DNA of 27,363 nucleotides from a bacterium (GCA_021790555.1 JAJYGY010000071.1:1-27363); one strand, 5' to 3'. Positions 1-9,052 are shown, counted from the first letter of the stretch. Notes: a model not told the origin generated them from the letters alone. Program-made: numbers and translations.

Positions 1-75
1 TGCCCCTCGGCCATCGAAATCCCGGACCACCTGCCTCCCAGCTGGGCCGCCCGGCTCGGCTTCGGCGGGCGCTGA
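1..75 (+). CDS. 3' end of an upstream gene (partial); possibly a 4Fe-4S ferredoxin-type C-terminus
   Basis: Frame 1 reads CPSAIEIPDHLPPSWAARLGFGGR* with GC3-rich codons and TGA at 73-75. CPxxIxIP resembles the end of a 4Fe-4S dicluster segment. Confidence 0.45.
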   Translation, partial: CPSAIEIPDHLPPSWAARLGFGGR

Positions 76-92
76 GGCACGGGGCCGGCGCA

Positions 93-121
93 TTGACAGC
101 GCGCGGCCCCGACCCTATATT
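93..121 (+). promoter_or_regulatory. sigma70-type promoter for the GT-C operon
   Basis: TTGACA (93-98), 17-nt spacer, TATATT (116-121), in a GC-rich background where AT-rich hexamers are rare. Confidence 0.8.
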
Positions 122-128
122 CCACCGT

Positions 129-161
129 GCGCCCCCAACTTAGGGGGGCGCGTTTTCGTTT
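129..161 (+). terminator. Terminator-like hairpin in the 5' leader
   Basis: 8-bp stem GCGCCCCC (129-136) / GGGGGCGC (144-151), 7-nt loop, followed by GTTTTCGTTT. Confidence 0.45.
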
Positions 162-199
162 CATGACACCTTTTGCCGCCTCGGCAGGGGGCCTCAAAA

Positions 200-2800
200 A
201 TGGCGAAAAAAAGGTCCAAAACCAGGGCCGCCCGGCCCGGAAACGGCGTGTTTTCGCTCCTGGCCAGCCTGGGACTGGCCGCCCTGGGGCAGGCCCTGCT
301 CCTGGCCTCGCAGGGCCAGGGCGCCCTGCTGGCCCTGGGCTGGATCCTGGTCCTGGCCGGGGGCCTGACCCTGTGGGCCGGCCGCCGGGCGGGACAATGG
401 AGCGGCGGCATCCAGGGACCCCTGGCCGCGGAAAAATCCCCGCCCCTTTGGCTGGAGGCCTCGGCCCTGGCCGCCATCCTGGTGCTGGCCCTGGGCCTGC
501 GCCTCTACAACATCCACACGCAGCCCAACGCCGGCTTCCGCGACGAGGGCCAGAACGGCAACGTGGCCATCCAGATCATGAAGGGCGAGGTCGTGGACGG
601 CACCGACACGCCCTACCCCGTGTACATCGAGCAGGACACCCAGAACGCCACCGGCTATTTCTACCCCGTGGCCCTGGCCTTCAAGGCCTTCGGCATCTCC
701 ATCCTGAGCGAACGCTTCGTGTCGGTCTTCTACGGCGTGCTGGCCGTGGCCGCCTTCTTCTTCCTGGCCCGCTTCCTCTTCGGCGCCCCCCTGGCGCTCT
801 TCCTCACCCTGGGCCTGGCCACCCTGCGCTGGCACATCAACTTCAGCCGCATCGGGTTCCTGGGCATCATGACCGTATTCCTGGAAATCCCCCTCTTCTA
901 CTTCCTGCTGAAGGGCTTCTGGGGCGCCACCACCGACCCGCTGAAACGCGTCCCGGGCTGGCTGCTGGGTCTGGGGCTGGGCCTGGGGGTGCTGCGCATG
1001 TTCCTGGCCTTCCACCGCCTGGGCTTCCTGGGCGACCTGCTGGTCTCCCTGCTGATGTTCTCCCCCCTGCTGGCCTGCCTGTGGCTGGGCCTGAAGGACC
1101 TCAGGAGTTCGCGCCTGATCATGGCCGGCTTCGTGCTGGCCTTCGCCCTGTACAGCTACATCGCCGCCAGGCTGCTGGTGCTGGTGGTGCTGGGCACCGC
1201 CCTGTACCAGCTCTTTTCCCTGCCGGGCTACCTGAAGGGAAGGGCCAGGACCCTGCTGGCGGGCGCCTTCGGCCTGCTGGCCCTGGGCTCCCTGCTCCTG
1301 GTGGAAGGCTCGGTGCACGCCACCGGGGGCCTGGAGACCCTGGGCAAGGCGCTGTGCGCCGCGGGCGGCCTGCTGTTCCTTGGCCTGCTGGCCTGGCGCG
1401 GCGCCTGGATGAAGGGCTGGTGGAAGCCCCTGGCCCTGGGCTTCGGCTCGGCGCTGTTCTTCAGCGCTCCCCTGACCAATTATTCCATGCTGCACTGGGG
1501 CCAGGTGCAGGCCCGTTCCGACCGGGTCTCCATCTTCAACAACAAGGAGGCGGACAAGCGCGCCTGGGGCGTGAAGCTGCTGCAGGAGGTGCCCCTGACC
1601 CTGGACATGGTCAACGTGCGCGGGGACGGCAACCCCCGCCACAACCTGCCCAACGCCCCCATGCTCAACCCGGCCTGGGCCGCGGCCGTGGCCCTGGGCG
1701 TGTTCTTCTGCCTGCTGCTGGCCTTTTCCGCCCGCCCCTTCTTCTTCCTTCTCTGGTGGCAGGTGGCCCTGCTGGCGGGCTATTATTCCATCGAGGCGCC
1801 GCAGGCCTACCGCACCATCACCGCCATCCCCGTGCTGCTGCTGTTCCTGGGAATGGTGCTGGAGCAGTTCTGGGTGCGCCTGAAATCCTGGCTGAAGGAT
1901 TCCTGGTCCCTGGTGGTGCTCCCCCTGCTGGGGCTGTTCTTCGTGGTGGGGGCCCTTTTCGAGGCGCGGGTCTACTTTGTGGGGCAGGCCAACGACCCGG
2001 GCTGTTGGGCCGAATTTTCCGCCGCCGAGTACCTGATGGGCCAGGACCTCAGGGCGCTCGAGCCGGGCACCCACGGCCTGGTGAGGCCGGACTGGGCCGA
2101 TTCCTACACCTTCCGCTTCATGACCTATCCGGACCGGGACTACGAGTACTTCAACCCCTCCACCCAGATCCCCCTGCGCAACCTGGGTCCCAACCGGGGC
2201 AAGAATTTCCTCTACATCCTGGGGCCCACCTACCTTCCCCTGCTTCCCATGCTGCGGCGCTACTACCCCAAAGGCGACTACCGCGAGGTGCGCCACCCCA
2301 TGACCGGCACCCTGCTCTACTGGACCTATTTCGTGCCCGCCCAGGAGGCCGAGGACCTGGAGACCAGCCCGCTTTCGGGGCTGACGGGCTCCTATTTCGA
2401 GGACAACGCCGACCCCGGCCGGCACTGGCTGGCCTCCAACCTGCGCTTCAAGCGGCTCGATCCCTTCCTGCTCTTCGACTGGACGGTGGACCCGGTGCCC
2501 GGGCACTTCTCGGTGGAATGGGACGGCAGGCTGAAAATCGACCAGGCCGGCCTCTACCACTTCTTCACCCTCTCCAACGACTACGCCCAGGTGCGGATCG
2601 ACGGCCACGACGTGGTGAACCGGGGGCACGAGCCCGCCGGCGACGCCTGGGCCGAGGGCTCCATCCGGCTGTCGCGGGGCACCCACCCGGTGCGCATCCG
2701 CTACTATGAGGAACGCAACTATTCGCGCATGGAGGTGTGGTGGCAGGCCCCCGGGGGCGACAAGGAGGTGCTCCCCAGCTCGGCCCTGCTTCCGAAGTGA
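200..2800 (+). CDS. GT-C fold membrane glycosyltransferase (ArnT/PMT-like, GT83/GT39 type) with C-terminal PA14 domain
   Basis: Many hydrophobic TM segments, DE motif in the first external loop (GFRDEGQNG), WHINFSRIGF segment, and a PA14-like tail (GLTGSYF..FSVEWDG.LKI..G.YHF..SND..V.IDG..G.HPVRIRY). Start set at ATG 200 (MAKKRSK) instead of 173. Confidence 0.82.
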   Translation: MAKKRSKTRAARPGNGVFSLLASLGLAALGQALLLASQGQGALLALGWILVLAGGLTLWAGRRAGQWSGGIQGPLAAEKSPPLWLEASALAAILVLALGLRLYNIHTQPNAGFRDEGQNGNVAIQIMKGEVVDGTDTPYPVYIEQDTQNATGYFYPVALAFKAFGISILSERFVSVFYGVLAVAAFFFLARFLFGAPLALFLTLGLATLRWHINFSRIGFLGIMTVFLEIPLFYFLLKGFWGATTDPLKRVPGWLLGLGLGLGVLRMFLAFHRLGFLGDLLVSLLMFSPLLACLWLGLKDLRSSRLIMAGFVLAFALYSYIAARLLVLVVLGTALYQLFSLPGYLKGRARTLLAGAFGLLALGSLLLVEGSVHATGGLETLGKALCAAGGLLFLGLLAWRGAWMKGWWKPLALGFGSALFFSAPLTNYSMLHWGQVQARSDRVSIFNNKEADKRAWGVKLLQEVPLTLDMVNVRGDGNPRHNLPNAPMLNPAWAAAVALGVFFCLLLAFSARPFFFLLWWQVALLAGYYSIEAPQAYRTITAIPVLLLFLGMVLEQFWVRLKSWLKDSWSLVVLPLLGLFFVVGALFEARVYFVGQANDPGCWAEFSAAEYLMGQDLRALEPGTHGLVRPDWADSYTFRFMTYPDRDYEYFNPSTQIPLRNLGPNRGKNFLYILGPTYLPLLPMLRRYYPKGDYREVRHPMTGTLLYWTYFVPAQEAEDLETSPLSGLTGSYFEDNADPGRHWLASNLRFKRLDPFLLFDWTVDPVPGHFSVEWDGRLKIDQAGLYHFFTLSNDYAQVRIDGHDVVNRGHEPAGDAWAEGSIRLSRGTHPVRIRYYEERNYSRMEVWWQAPGGDKEVLPSSALLPK

Positions 2801-2914
2801 CCGGGGCCCTGCCCGCTTGCCCTTTCGCGGGCCGCGGGTGAAAATGCTGCCGTGCGGCTGCCGCGGGCGCGGCCGCCCGGGCCCGAGACCAAACCATGGC
2901 GCCGGAGGGATGCC

Positions 2915-3721
2915 TTGAAGGCCAGAAAAAAAGTCATCGTGGTCATGCCGGCCTACAACGCCGCCAAGACCCTGGAGAAGACCTACCACGACATCCCCAA
3001 GGGCGTGGTGGACCAGGTCATCCTGGTGGACGACGTCAGCCGGGACGAAACCGTGGAGGTGGCCCGCCGCCTGCGCCTGAAGGTGGTGGTGCACCTGCAG
3101 AACAAGGGCTACGGCGGCAACCAGAAGACCTGCTACACCGAGGCCCTGCTGGCCGGCGCCGACGTGGTGGTGATGCTGCACCCGGACTACCAGTACGACT
3201 CGCGCCTGATCCCGGAGATGATCCAGCCCATCCTCAACGGCCGGGCCGATTTCGTGATGGGCTCGCGCATCATCGGCGAGGGCGCCCTGCGCGGCGGCAT
3301 GCCGCTGTGGAAATACGCCGCCAACCGCTTCCTCACCACCCTGGAAAACTTCGTTCTCAACCACCGCTTCTCCGACCTGCACACCGGGTTCAGGGCCTAC
3401 AGCCGGGCCCTGCTTTCCACCGTGCCCTTCGTGCTCAATTCCGACGACTTCGTCTTCGACACCCAGATGATCGCGCAGGCCAATTTCTTCGGCTTCCCCA
3501 CCACCGAAATCCCCATCCCCACCCGCTATTTCGCCGAGGCCTCCTCGGTGAACTTCCGCACCAGCCTGCGCTACGGATTCGGCACGCTCAGGGTCATGCT
3601 GCAATTGCTGCTTCAAAAAACGGGCCTGGCCCATTATCCTTACCTTGAGAAAAAGCTGCCCGAGGTCATCAGCCGCCCCTACCGCGACCGGATCCTGGGC
3701 CGCCGGGCCCGGCGTTCCTGA
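2915..3721 (+). CDS. GT2 family glycosyltransferase (DPM1-like, HPDYQY subfamily)
   Basis: VMPAYN, LVDDVSRD, NKGYGGNQK, MLHPDYQYD, DLHTGFRAY, F.FDTQMI motifs. GGAGG (2904-2908) lies 6 nt before TTG 2915. Confidence 0.9.
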   Translation: MKARKKVIVVMPAYNAAKTLEKTYHDIPKGVVDQVILVDDVSRDETVEVARRLRLKVVVHLQNKGYGGNQKTCYTEALLAGADVVVMLHPDYQYDSRLIPEMIQPILNGRADFVMGSRIIGEGALRGGMPLWKYAANRFLTTLENFVLNHRFSDLHTGFRAYSRALLSTVPFVLNSDDFVFDTQMIAQANFFGFPTTEIPIPTRYFAEASSVNFRTSLRYGFGTLRVMLQLLLQKTGLAHYPYLEKKLPEVISRPYRDRILGRRARRS

Positions 3722-3744
3722 ACCTTCCATTTTTGGGGCGATTC

Positions 3745-4800
3745 GTGTTCAAGGGAAAGACATTCTGGGGCCTGGTGGTCAGCCTGGCCTGCCTCTGGCT
3801 GCTGTGGATCTCCCTGCGCGCCATGGACTGGGAGAAGGTGCTGCTGGCGCTTGAGCAGGCCGACTACCTGTACCTGCTGCCCGCCCTGCTCCTCTACCTG
3901 GGCGGCTACATCAGCCGGGCCGAACGGGTCTCGCAGATCCTCAAGCCCACCAAGCGCGTCTCCTACCGCAGGGTGCTTTCGCCCCTCATCGTGGGCTTCA
4001 TGTTCAACAACATCCTGCCCGGAAGGCTGGGCGAGTTCGTCTTCGCCCACCAGCTGGGAAAGCAGGAGGGCATCTCGCGCACCACCTCCTTCGCCGCCGT
4101 GGTGATCTCGCGCATCCTGGACGGCTTCACCATCCTGTGCTTCTTCGTCTTCGGCCTGCTGGCCTTCCTGCCCCTTTCGGGCGGGACCGCCGCGCCGGGA
4201 GGCACCCTGGAGGTGGCCGGCCACCTCTTTTCCAAGCAGGAGATCCTGGGCAAGGTCTACCTGGCCGGCATCCTGGGCATGCTGGTGTTCGGGGCCGTGT
4301 TCCTGGCCTGCTTCTGCCTGATCGTGTGGAAGGACATCAGCATCCGCGTGGTCGACCGAATGCTGGTGGTGTTTCCGGACCGCTTTTCTCGGGGCGGCAA
4401 GCAGGCCCTGGAGAAGTTCATCTCCGGCCTGCTCATCCTCAAGAACGCCAAGGAGCTGCTGGGCGTCTTCCTCTTCAACTTCGTGCCCTGGGGCATGGAG
4501 GCCCTGACCTACCTCTTCACGGCCTGGACCTTCGGCCTGGACCTCAACATCCGCCAGGTCTGCCTGGTGATGGGCGTGACCAACCTGGCCATGATCTTCC
4601 CTTCGGCACCCGGCGGGCTGGGCCTTTTCGAGTTCGTGGGCATGGCCACCACCGGCCTGTTCGGCATCCCCACGGCCAAGGCCCTCACCTTCATGGTGAT
4701 GGTGCACGCCATCATCCTGGTGCCCATCGACCTGTGGGGCTTCTATTACCTGCGCCGCGAAGGGCTTTCCTTCCGCCAGGCCCTGTCGGAGAAGGGGTAG
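3745..4800 (+). CDS. Flippase-like membrane protein (lysylphosphatidylglycerol synthase TM / UPF0104 family)
   Basis: GFMFNNILPGRLGEF, SRILDG and IFPSAPGGLGLFE family motifs, multi-TM. Start could be GTG 3745 or TTG 3733. Confidence 0.85.
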   Translation: MFKGKTFWGLVVSLACLWLLWISLRAMDWEKVLLALEQADYLYLLPALLLYLGGYISRAERVSQILKPTKRVSYRRVLSPLIVGFMFNNILPGRLGEFVFAHQLGKQEGISRTTSFAAVVISRILDGFTILCFFVFGLLAFLPLSGGTAAPGGTLEVAGHLFSKQEILGKVYLAGILGMLVFGAVFLACFCLIVWKDISIRVVDRMLVVFPDRFSRGGKQALEKFISGLLILKNAKELLGVFLFNFVPWGMEALTYLFTAWTFGLDLNIRQVCLVMGVTNLAMIFPSAPGGLGLFEFVGMATTGLFGIPTAKALTFMVMVHAIILVPIDLWGFYYLRREGLSFRQALSEKG

Positions 4801-4840
4801 CGCCCCTTCCAGGACCGGGCCCGAGACCTGAGGACCAGGC

Positions 4841-6016
4841 ATGGGCGAAGACGACATCCTTTTGAACGCCGACGACCTGCTCGACATCTTCGGCGCGGCG
4901 GACGACAAGGCCGGGTCCAAGGAAGGCCTGGGCGACTTCCTGCAGGACATCTTCTTCGGGGGCGGGCAGGATTCCCCCGGGGAGGACGGGGGCCCCGTGG
5001 CGGCCAAGCCTCCCGTGGAGGCCGCGGCCGGGCCTGCCGCCCCCTCCCCGGCCCTCGACCCGGCCAGCTACGAGGAATTCAAGCGCCGCGTCATCGAGCG
5101 CCACGAGATGAAGCAGGCCGAGGAGGCGCGCCAGGCCGTCCAGGGCGCGCCGCCGGCGGCCCTGGACGGGGACGAGGAGCGCCGCCGCGAGATGGCGGCC
5201 CGCTACGAGGCCCAGCGCCGCGCCCTGGAGGCCGAGGAGGCCCAGGCCCGCCAGCGCGAGGAGGACGGCGCCGGGGACAAGGACAAGGAAGCCCGCATCC
5301 AGGCCATGGTGGAGAAGTACAAGAAGGCCAAGGAACAGGCCCAGGCCGCCCAGGCAGGGGCTTCGATGGGCCCCGGCACCGGGCTGGCCGAGGCCCTGGA
5401 CGACGGTGAAAAGGAGCGCCATTTCCGGGAATACCTGCAGTCGGTGAAGGCGCGCATGGCCTCGGGCGGCATGCCGCGGCTGCAGCACGCCCGGCCGGCC
5501 GCGCAGGCCCCGGAGTCCGCCCCGGGTCCCGCGCTGGATATCCCCGCCTGCCAGGCCCTGGCACGGATGTTCGAGGAGACCCGCCTGGAGCTGACCCGGC
5601 GGGTGGCCGACAAGATCGGCACCAAGGCGGCCCGCAGCCTGATGATGAAGACCCTTGAAAAGATCCTCAAGGCCCAGGCCCAGGTCTTCAACCGGGCCGC
5701 CCAGGACTTCCGGGGCCAGCTGCGCGCCGACGGGGCCCTGGACGAGGAGCGCCTGGCCCGCAACCTCCACGCCCTGCCCCAGGAAGGGCGCGCCGAGGCG
5801 GCGCAAAGGGCCCTGCACGACCTGATGGAGATGCGCTTCATCGCCATCGAGCTGGGCCTGGGGGTCCGCGCCAAGGGCTTCCTGATCTCGCAGACCCTCC
5901 AGGCCATCGAGGCCGCCTTCGAAAAAAAAGGCTATCCACCCGAGCTGGTCAAGTGGTACCTTGCCGAGGTCGTCCCCTCCACCAACCTGTCGGACGGGGA
6001 CGAAGAGACTTATTGA
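4841..6016 (+). CDS. Hypothetical soluble protein (acidic N-terminus, charged coiled-coil middle, helical C-terminal domain)
   Basis: 391-aa ORF with strong GC3 bias that fills the gap between flanking genes. No family recognised. Confidence 0.8.
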   Translation: MGEDDILLNADDLLDIFGAADDKAGSKEGLGDFLQDIFFGGGQDSPGEDGGPVAAKPPVEAAAGPAAPSPALDPASYEEFKRRVIERHEMKQAEEARQAVQGAPPAALDGDEERRREMAARYEAQRRALEAEEAQARQREEDGAGDKDKEARIQAMVEKYKKAKEQAQAAQAGASMGPGTGLAEALDDGEKERHFREYLQSVKARMASGGMPRLQHARPAAQAPESAPGPALDIPACQALARMFEETRLELTRRVADKIGTKAARSLMMKTLEKILKAQAQVFNRAAQDFRGQLRADGALDEERLARNLHALPQEGRAEAAQRALHDLMEMRFIAIELGLGVRAKGFLISQTLQAIEAAFEKKGYPPELVKWYLAEVVPSTNLSDGDEETY

Positions 6017-6025
6017 GGAGTCCGG

Positions 6026-7339
6026 ATGAGGATTGGGATCGTGGGCGGAGGCATGGCGGGACTGACCGCGGCCCTGGAGCTGGCCGAGGCCGGGCACCGC
6101 GTTTCGGTTTTCGAGAAATATCCCCAGTTCGGGGGCCTGGCCTCCACGGTGGAGGTGGCGGGCGCGCAGTTGGAGCGCTTCTACCACCACATCTTCTCCA
6201 CCGACCTGGACATTCTCGGCCTGATCGAGCGACTGGGCCTCTGGGACCGGTTGAAGTGGTACAAGGACGACACGGGCAACTGGTATCAGGGGCGCTTCTA
6301 TCCCTTCGCCTCCCCCCTGGAGATCCTGCGGTTCTCCCCCGTTCCCCTGTGGCAGAGGCTGAGGCTGGGGGCGGCCGCCTTCTACCTGACCCGCCTGAAG
6401 GACTACCGCGCGCTGGAGCAGGTGACCGCGCGGGACTGGATCACCTCCCACATGGGGGCGGACAGCTACCGGGTTTTCTGGGAACCCCTTTTGAAGGCCA
6501 AATTCGGGGCCCACGCCGAGTCGATTTGCATGTCCTGGATCTACGGCCGCGTGCATTCGCGCAAGGGGCCCAGCAAAAAGGGGACGCCGGCCAACAAGCT
6601 GGGCTACCTGGACGGCAGCGTGCGGGTGCTGGTGGAGGCCCTGGAGGCGCGCCTGAAGGGCCTGGGGGTGGACCTCAGGCCCGGCCTGGCCGTCAAGCGC
6701 CTGGTGGTGGGGGAAGGCCGGGTGCGGGGCCTGGAGACCCGGGAGGGGACCGGGGATTTCGACCGGGTGCTGGTCACCTGCGCCACTCCGCAGCTGCTGG
6801 AAATCGCCGGGGAGGCCCTTCCCGCCGGCCTGACCGACCGGCTGAAGTCGTTCCGCTACTACGGCTCCTGCGTCGCCATCCTGGAGCTGAAGCGGGGCCT
6901 CAGCCCCCACTACTGGGTCAGCGTGCTGGACACCACCATCCCCTTCCTGGCCGTCATCGAGCAGACCCGCATGATTTCCAGCGAAAACTACCGCGGCGAG
7001 ACGGTCCTCTACCTGGCCAAGTACCTGGATCCCGAGGACCCCTTCTACCGGCTTCCCGACGACGCGGTGATGGAGGATTTTTTGGGGCACCTGAAGCGGG
7101 TCTTCCCCTCCTTCGACGGCTCCCAGCTGATCCGCTCGCGGGTGATGCGGGCCCGCTACACCCAGCCCATCATCACGGTGGGGCACGGTTCCCGTGTGCC
7201 GCCGCACCGGCTGCCGGTGAAGGGGCTGTACCTCTGCAACATGACTCAGATCTATCCCGAGGACCGGGGCATGAGCTATTCCATCGGCCTGGGTTCCAAA
7301 GTGGCCGGGATGATGATGGACGACGCGGCCGAGGATTGA
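6026..7339 (+). CDS. NAD(P)/FAD-dependent oxidoreductase (amine oxidase / protoporphyrinogen oxidase-like fold)
   Basis: N-terminal IGIVGGGMAGLTAA..L...G..V.VFE dinucleotide fold, FGGLA, ERFYHHIF, C-terminal IYPEDRGM. RBS GAGGAG at 6015-6020. Confidence 0.88.
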   Translation: MRIGIVGGGMAGLTAALELAEAGHRVSVFEKYPQFGGLASTVEVAGAQLERFYHHIFSTDLDILGLIERLGLWDRLKWYKDDTGNWYQGRFYPFASPLEILRFSPVPLWQRLRLGAAAFYLTRLKDYRALEQVTARDWITSHMGADSYRVFWEPLLKAKFGAHAESICMSWIYGRVHSRKGPSKKGTPANKLGYLDGSVRVLVEALEARLKGLGVDLRPGLAVKRLVVGEGRVRGLETREGTGDFDRVLVTCATPQLLEIAGEALPAGLTDRLKSFRYYGSCVAILELKRGLSPHYWVSVLDTTIPFLAVIEQTRMISSENYRGETVLYLAKYLDPEDPFYRLPDDAVMEDFLGHLKRVFPSFDGSQLIRSRVMRARYTQPIITVGHGSRVPPHRLPVKGLYLCNMTQIYPEDRGMSYSIGLGSKVAGMMMDDAAED

Positions 7340-7368
7340 AACCGGAACCGCACCTACCAGGGAGAACC

Positions 7369-8100
7369 ATGGCCGCAAAGCGAGGAAACCGCAAGCCCGA
7401 CATCTCGGCCTTTTTTCCGGCCTACAACGAGGAGGCCAACATCGAGGCCCTGGCCCTGAGGACCGCCGCGGTGCTCAAGAAGCTGGCCCGCCGCTGGGAG
7501 GTCATCGTGGTCAACGACGGCAGCCGGGACCGCACGGCCGAGGTGGCCCGCCGCCTTTCCCGCCGCGATCCCCGCATCCGCCTGGTGGACCACCGGGTCA
7601 ACCAGGGCTACGGGGCCGCGGTGAAGTCCGGCTTCGCGGCCGCCCGCCACGAATGGATCTTCTTCACCGACGGGGACGGCCAGTTCGACGTCGGCGAGCT
7701 GGCCCAGTTCCTTCCCCTGGCCGGGGACCATGACCTGGTGGTGGGTTACCGCGTCAAGCGCGCCGACGCCCTGCAGCGCAAGCTCAACGCCTGGGCCTGG
7801 GGCAGCCTGGTGAAGGCGCTTTTCGGCCTGCGCGGGGTGCGCGACATCGACTGCGCCTTCAAGCTGGTGCGCCGGCGCGTCTTTGAGAAGATGCGCCTGG
7901 AGACCACGGGGGCCATGATCTCCACGGAATTGCTGGTGAAAGCGCAGAAAAACGGGTTTAAGATCGTGGAGAAGGGTGTGAGCCATTACCCCCGCCGCGC
8001 CGGGGTGCAGACCGGGGCCAAGCTGCGCGTCATCGCGCGGGCCTTCCGGGAGCTGTTCGGGTACTACTTCAAGTGGGGCCGGGAAGGCTATGGGATCTGA
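7369..8100 (+). CDS. GT2 family glycosyltransferase (polyprenol-phosphate glycosyltransferase-like)
   Basis: FFPAYNEE, VNDGSRD, NQGYGAA, FFTDGDGQFD, DIDCAFKL. Real start is ATG 7369 after GGGAG; the track's 5953 start is a shadow extension. Confidence 0.9.
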   Translation: MAAKRGNRKPDISAFFPAYNEEANIEALALRTAAVLKKLARRWEVIVVNDGSRDRTAEVARRLSRRDPRIRLVDHRVNQGYGAAVKSGFAAARHEWIFFTDGDGQFDVGELAQFLPLAGDHDLVVGYRVKRADALQRKLNAWAWGSLVKALFGLRGVRDIDCAFKLVRRRVFEKMRLETTGAMISTELLVKAQKNGFKIVEKGVSHYPRRAGVQTGAKLRVIARAFRELFGYYFKWGREGYGI

Positions 8101-9052
8101 GAGTCCCCAATCGAGGATCTGGGCCTGGGCGGGACTGCTGCTGGTCTGTCCGCGGCTCCTGTTGGCCAACGGAACGACCGGGGCCGACATCCTCCTGGCC
8201 CGGGTCGGCACCCGCGCCTCGGCCATGGGGCAGACCTACGTGGCCCTGGGCGACGACCTGCTCTCCATCCAGTACAACCCGGCCGGCCTGGCCGACCTCC
8301 AGAAGCCGGCCGTCAGCGTGCTGCACGAGGCGGCCATCGCCCAGGTGCAGTACGAGTACTTGAGCTGGGGACAGCACTTTCCCTTCGGGGCGCTGGCGGC
8401 CAGCGTCACCTACCGCCACATGCCCGACATCAACAACCCCGGCGCCGTGGATTCCGCCGTCTCGGCCTACGACGCGCTTTTCACGGTCAGCTACGCCGAC
8501 CATCCGGCGCGCTTCTTCCCCCAGTGGATTCCGCCTTCCTACTCGGACCTGTCCGCCGGCGTCACGCTCAAGTTCCTGCGCAGCCACCTGGCCAGCTACG
8601 ACGCCTACACCGGCGCCCTGGACGCGGGGATCAAAAAGGACCTGGGAGGGGGAATCGAGGGCGGCCTGGCCGTGGCCAACCTGGGGCCGCCCATCCAGTT
8701 CATCAGCGTGGCAGACCCGCTTCCGGCCGAGGCCATGGCCGGCCTGGCCAAGGAGCTGAGCATCTCCAGGAACAACCAGCTGAGGGCGGCGGGCGACTTC
8801 GAATATCCCTTCGACGGCGACCCGCGCATGCACGGCGGCATCGAGGACACCCTGGCGGGCATCCTGGCCCTGCGGGCCGGCTACATCCTGGAGAACGCCC
8901 AGAGCCTGGGGGGCTTCACGGCCGGGCTGGGCATCCGCCTGGAACAGGCCCCGCTGGTCTTCCACTTCGACTATTCCTACCAGCCGGTGTACTACGACGG
9001 GTTTTCCAGTTTCGAGCCCCAGCACCTGCTTTCAATGGAGCTGGAATTCTGA
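8090..9052 (+). CDS. PorV/PorQ-family outer-membrane beta-barrel, paralog 1
   Basis: Signal peptide, G.RASAMG.TYVAL.DD..SIQYNPAGL motif, amphipathic strands, LRAGY, FDYSY, and C-terminal Phe (HLLSMELEF). Confidence 0.8.
   Translation: MGSESPQSRIWAWAGLLLVCPRLLLANGTTGADILLARVGTRASAMGQTYVALGDDLLSIQYNPAGLADLQKPAVSVLHEAAIAQVQYEYLSWGQHFPFGALAASVTYRHMPDINNPGAVDSAVSAYDALFTVSYADHPARFFPQWIPPSYSDLSAGVTLKFLRSHLASYDAYTGALDAGIKKDLGGGIEGGLAVANLGPPIQFISVADPLPAEAMAGLAKELSISRNNQLRAAGDFEYPFDGDPRMHGGIEDTLAGILALRAGYILENAQSLGGFTAGLGIRLEQAPLVFHFDYSYQPVYYDGFSSFEPQHLLSMELEF

Noticed and set aside
194-3730. 1178-aa minus-strand ORF and the many other long antisense or alternate-frame ORFs (e.g. 127-2709, 4712-7378, 12028-14049, 23436-26318)
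   Set aside because: They are shadows of strongly GC3-biased genes in high-GC DNA. They read as low-complexity G/P/R/A/Q sequence with no family motifs, and they fully overlap well-supported genes.
5953-7368. N-terminal extension of the 715-aa ORF that would make a fusion with the GT2
   Set aside because: It overlaps the flavoprotein gene in another frame. GT2 similarity begins only at ATG 7369, which has its own RBS.
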